64,000 bases of DNA from Bilabrum cf. latius (lineage: Eukaryota). The notes under the pieces are model-generated. The model saw only the letters and a list, made by a program, of their open reading frames with translations, was not told the origin of the DNA and ran no database searches. The stretch covers positions 62,001 through 126,000 of the forward strand of contig OZ237750.1 of NCBI GenBank assembly GCA_965178125.1. The letters run 5' to 3'. The position numbers were made by a program, and so were the translations under genes. This document shows, in pieces, positions 62,154 to 64,000 of this stretch. The stretch's first letter is position 1; each line of letters begins with the position of its first letter.

Positions 62154-63835
62154 TCAACCCATGGCCTCCTCAAGCAGCTTCACGCACTCTTCGTGACCTC
62201 CAAGCCGAGCCGCCTCCAAAGCCGTCACGTCCCCGCCCGCACCACCCACCATGCCCCGAGCCACCAGCGCCCCCGCCAGCTTGCCCAGCCTCAGCCTCCT
62301 GGCCAGCTCCATGGGCCTGCCCTCGCTGGCCGCCGCCCACGCCAGGCCCCTGTCCTGCAGGGCCCGGCCCGCGTGCCTCCACCGCACGACGGCCCTGTGC
62401 CTGGGCGAAGTAGCCAGCGCCATGCCCCGCCTCCAGTCCGACGCCAGCCTAGTGCCGGGATAGTACCTTTGCAGCATGCCGTGGACGATGGCCGCGGCTT
62501 GTGGTCCACTCGTCACACCATCCAGGTCGCGCATGAGCGAGGGCGGCACTCGACTCCCAGAGATCTCTCCAAACCTGAAATCTTCTCCCTCTTTCGGCTT
62601 GGAGGCTTCCTCCCAGGCCTTTGCATCCGTTGTGAGCTCTCGCAATGCCTCCTATGCATCTGCCTCTGGCAAGTACGTCCGGAAGCTCCTGAGAGCTTTC
62701 TCTTGCTATCCGGCGCTGCCCTGCCCACTCTGGGAGGTACTGCAGAAGCCTTGCGATTTTTGGTGGTACCAGTACACAGCTTGGCTCAAATAGGAGATCA
62801 GGGCCTTGGGCGCGTGCGACCCGGCCTGAAGCAGCATGGCCATTGACACTACCTCGGTGGGGTGGTCGCATCGGGTGTCCGCGGGTGTGCGACCGGTGCT
62901 GTTGCGCAGGGATAGGTCGGCCCCGGCATTCAATAGAACTTGCTATACTTTAATGGCTGGGTGCGAATACCAATGCACAAGGCTGGCCTGCCGAGTCTGT
63001 ATGAAGTGCAGCAGGGTCCAGCCTGTGGTAGTTGCTGCGTTCGGGTCTGCCCCTGCTGCAAGCAGCAACTGTGCAATGGGAGCCATTGAATCGTGCGTGC
63101 AGAAGTGCAGGGGGACGGATGTTCCCTGCGATAAGAGTATGTATCGCAGAAGAGACGCATTCAAGATGTCGGTAGCACGCCACTGGCAGAGCCGGTTCAT
63201 GTCATAGACCCAAGTTGCGCACCAAATGTTTTTGCAAATGCAGCACTGCTTACCCAAGCTACGAACGCATGATTTGCTCCAGCGTCCAGAAGCCTCTTAA
63301 CAATGCGTTTACTCATGCTTGCGTAGTCTGGAGCGCCCAGGGTGTTGAAGAGCTCCTGAGACATCGGTCTTGAGAATGGGATCGCGCATGCAAGGCAGTT
63401 GCTGATGGAGGCGTTGGCTCCATGTGACAGTAAAAGTTCCACCATTGGAACATCTGAGTTATAACACGCTATATCAAGCGCTGTCGTGGTTGAAGGACCA
63501 CAATTCCGGCGGCCGGAGCCGGGTGACGTGATGAAGTTCGGATCGGCGCCGGAAGCAAGCAAAACGTTGGCAATCACGTGCTTCTGGTGAGCAACCACAG
63601 CTTGTAGAACCGTGAGCTTGACGTCATTTAAGAACTACGGGAGTCCCGACCACCTCTTAGTCGCCTACAGGGAGCATCCGAGAGCTGCGTACTCGTTGAT
63701 GATCTCCTTGACCTCATCGCTCCTATCGGCCACTGAAGCCTTGATGGAGTCAAGCAGGGCTATTGCCTTTTGCCGATCCTTTATATCCAAATCATCCAAA
63801 CGTCTTGACGCTGGTTTGTTAGAGCGATCGCTCAT
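62154..63835 (-). CDS. Ankyrin-repeat protein
   Basis: Probable exons 63835-63254 and 63125-62154 (intron GTAAGC...CGCAG); start tentative. Repeats LLASGADPN, TALDIAC...LLLSHGAN, LLLAAGADPN...GWTLLH, LLNAGAD...GRTP, TALEAARLGGHEECVKLL. TAGs at 63665, 63635, 62943, 62706, 62652; TGA. Confidence 0.8.
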
Positions 63836-64000
63836 GTCGCTGCTGCTGAGTGCCGCAACGACAGTGGATGATTTGGATTTAAAGATTAAAACCACCTCCG
63901 GACCGGAGGCTCCGGTCCACGAAGAAGATGAAAAATACCACTGGTGGCACTCAGGCTGCCAGTGCCACAACGGCACCCTGCAAGCAGGCTCAGTGGTGCT

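Noticed and set aside
1-63835. Mass pseudogenisation or sequencing error as the cause of broken ORFs
   Set aside because: Interruptions are only TAG, with no frameshifts or internal TAA/TGA in the regions translated, and they affect normally essential genes with intact motifs.
8371-63835. Micro-introns ending in TAG, or selenocysteine/pyrrolysine recoding
   Set aside because: Motifs are colinear with one residue at the TAG and no matching GT donors were seen. The introns I found end in CAG. TAG sites are numerous and mostly non-catalytic, and Sec uses UGA.

Overview
GC-rich, gene-dense eukaryotic (protist) nuclear DNA with short GT-AG introns (about 90-210 nt). The ORF track is fragmented because TAG is not a stop here. 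In 11 of the 13 genes I could reconstruct, ORF pieces lie in one frame separated only by single TAG codons, and conserved motifs continue past them. The 12 gene ends inside the window are TGA (11) or TAA (1), never TAG. Context favours UAG=Gln (NCBI table 15 pattern), but Leu is not excluded. Read this way, the window holds VAC14 (3' end beyond the window start), an EBP-like sterol isomerase-family gene, a PARP-fold-like protein, a ~4,030-codon CHAT-protease/4x STAND-like P-loop/SH2-like protein, a SPRY-like/coiled-coil/kinase-like protein, WASH1, INO1, SMC3, ADAT2, a GPCR-PIP kinase fusion, CCR4, a repetitive coiled-coil protein and an ankyrin protein. The CHAT gene is interrupted by a 7,001-bp element with split direct repeats (A1...B1A2...B2, Ngaro/DIRS-type), no target-site duplication, an RT remnant and two minisatellites. 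Removing it restores the host reading frame exactly. A stramenopile-like host is only a weak inference. All family assignments come from recalled motifs; no database search was run.
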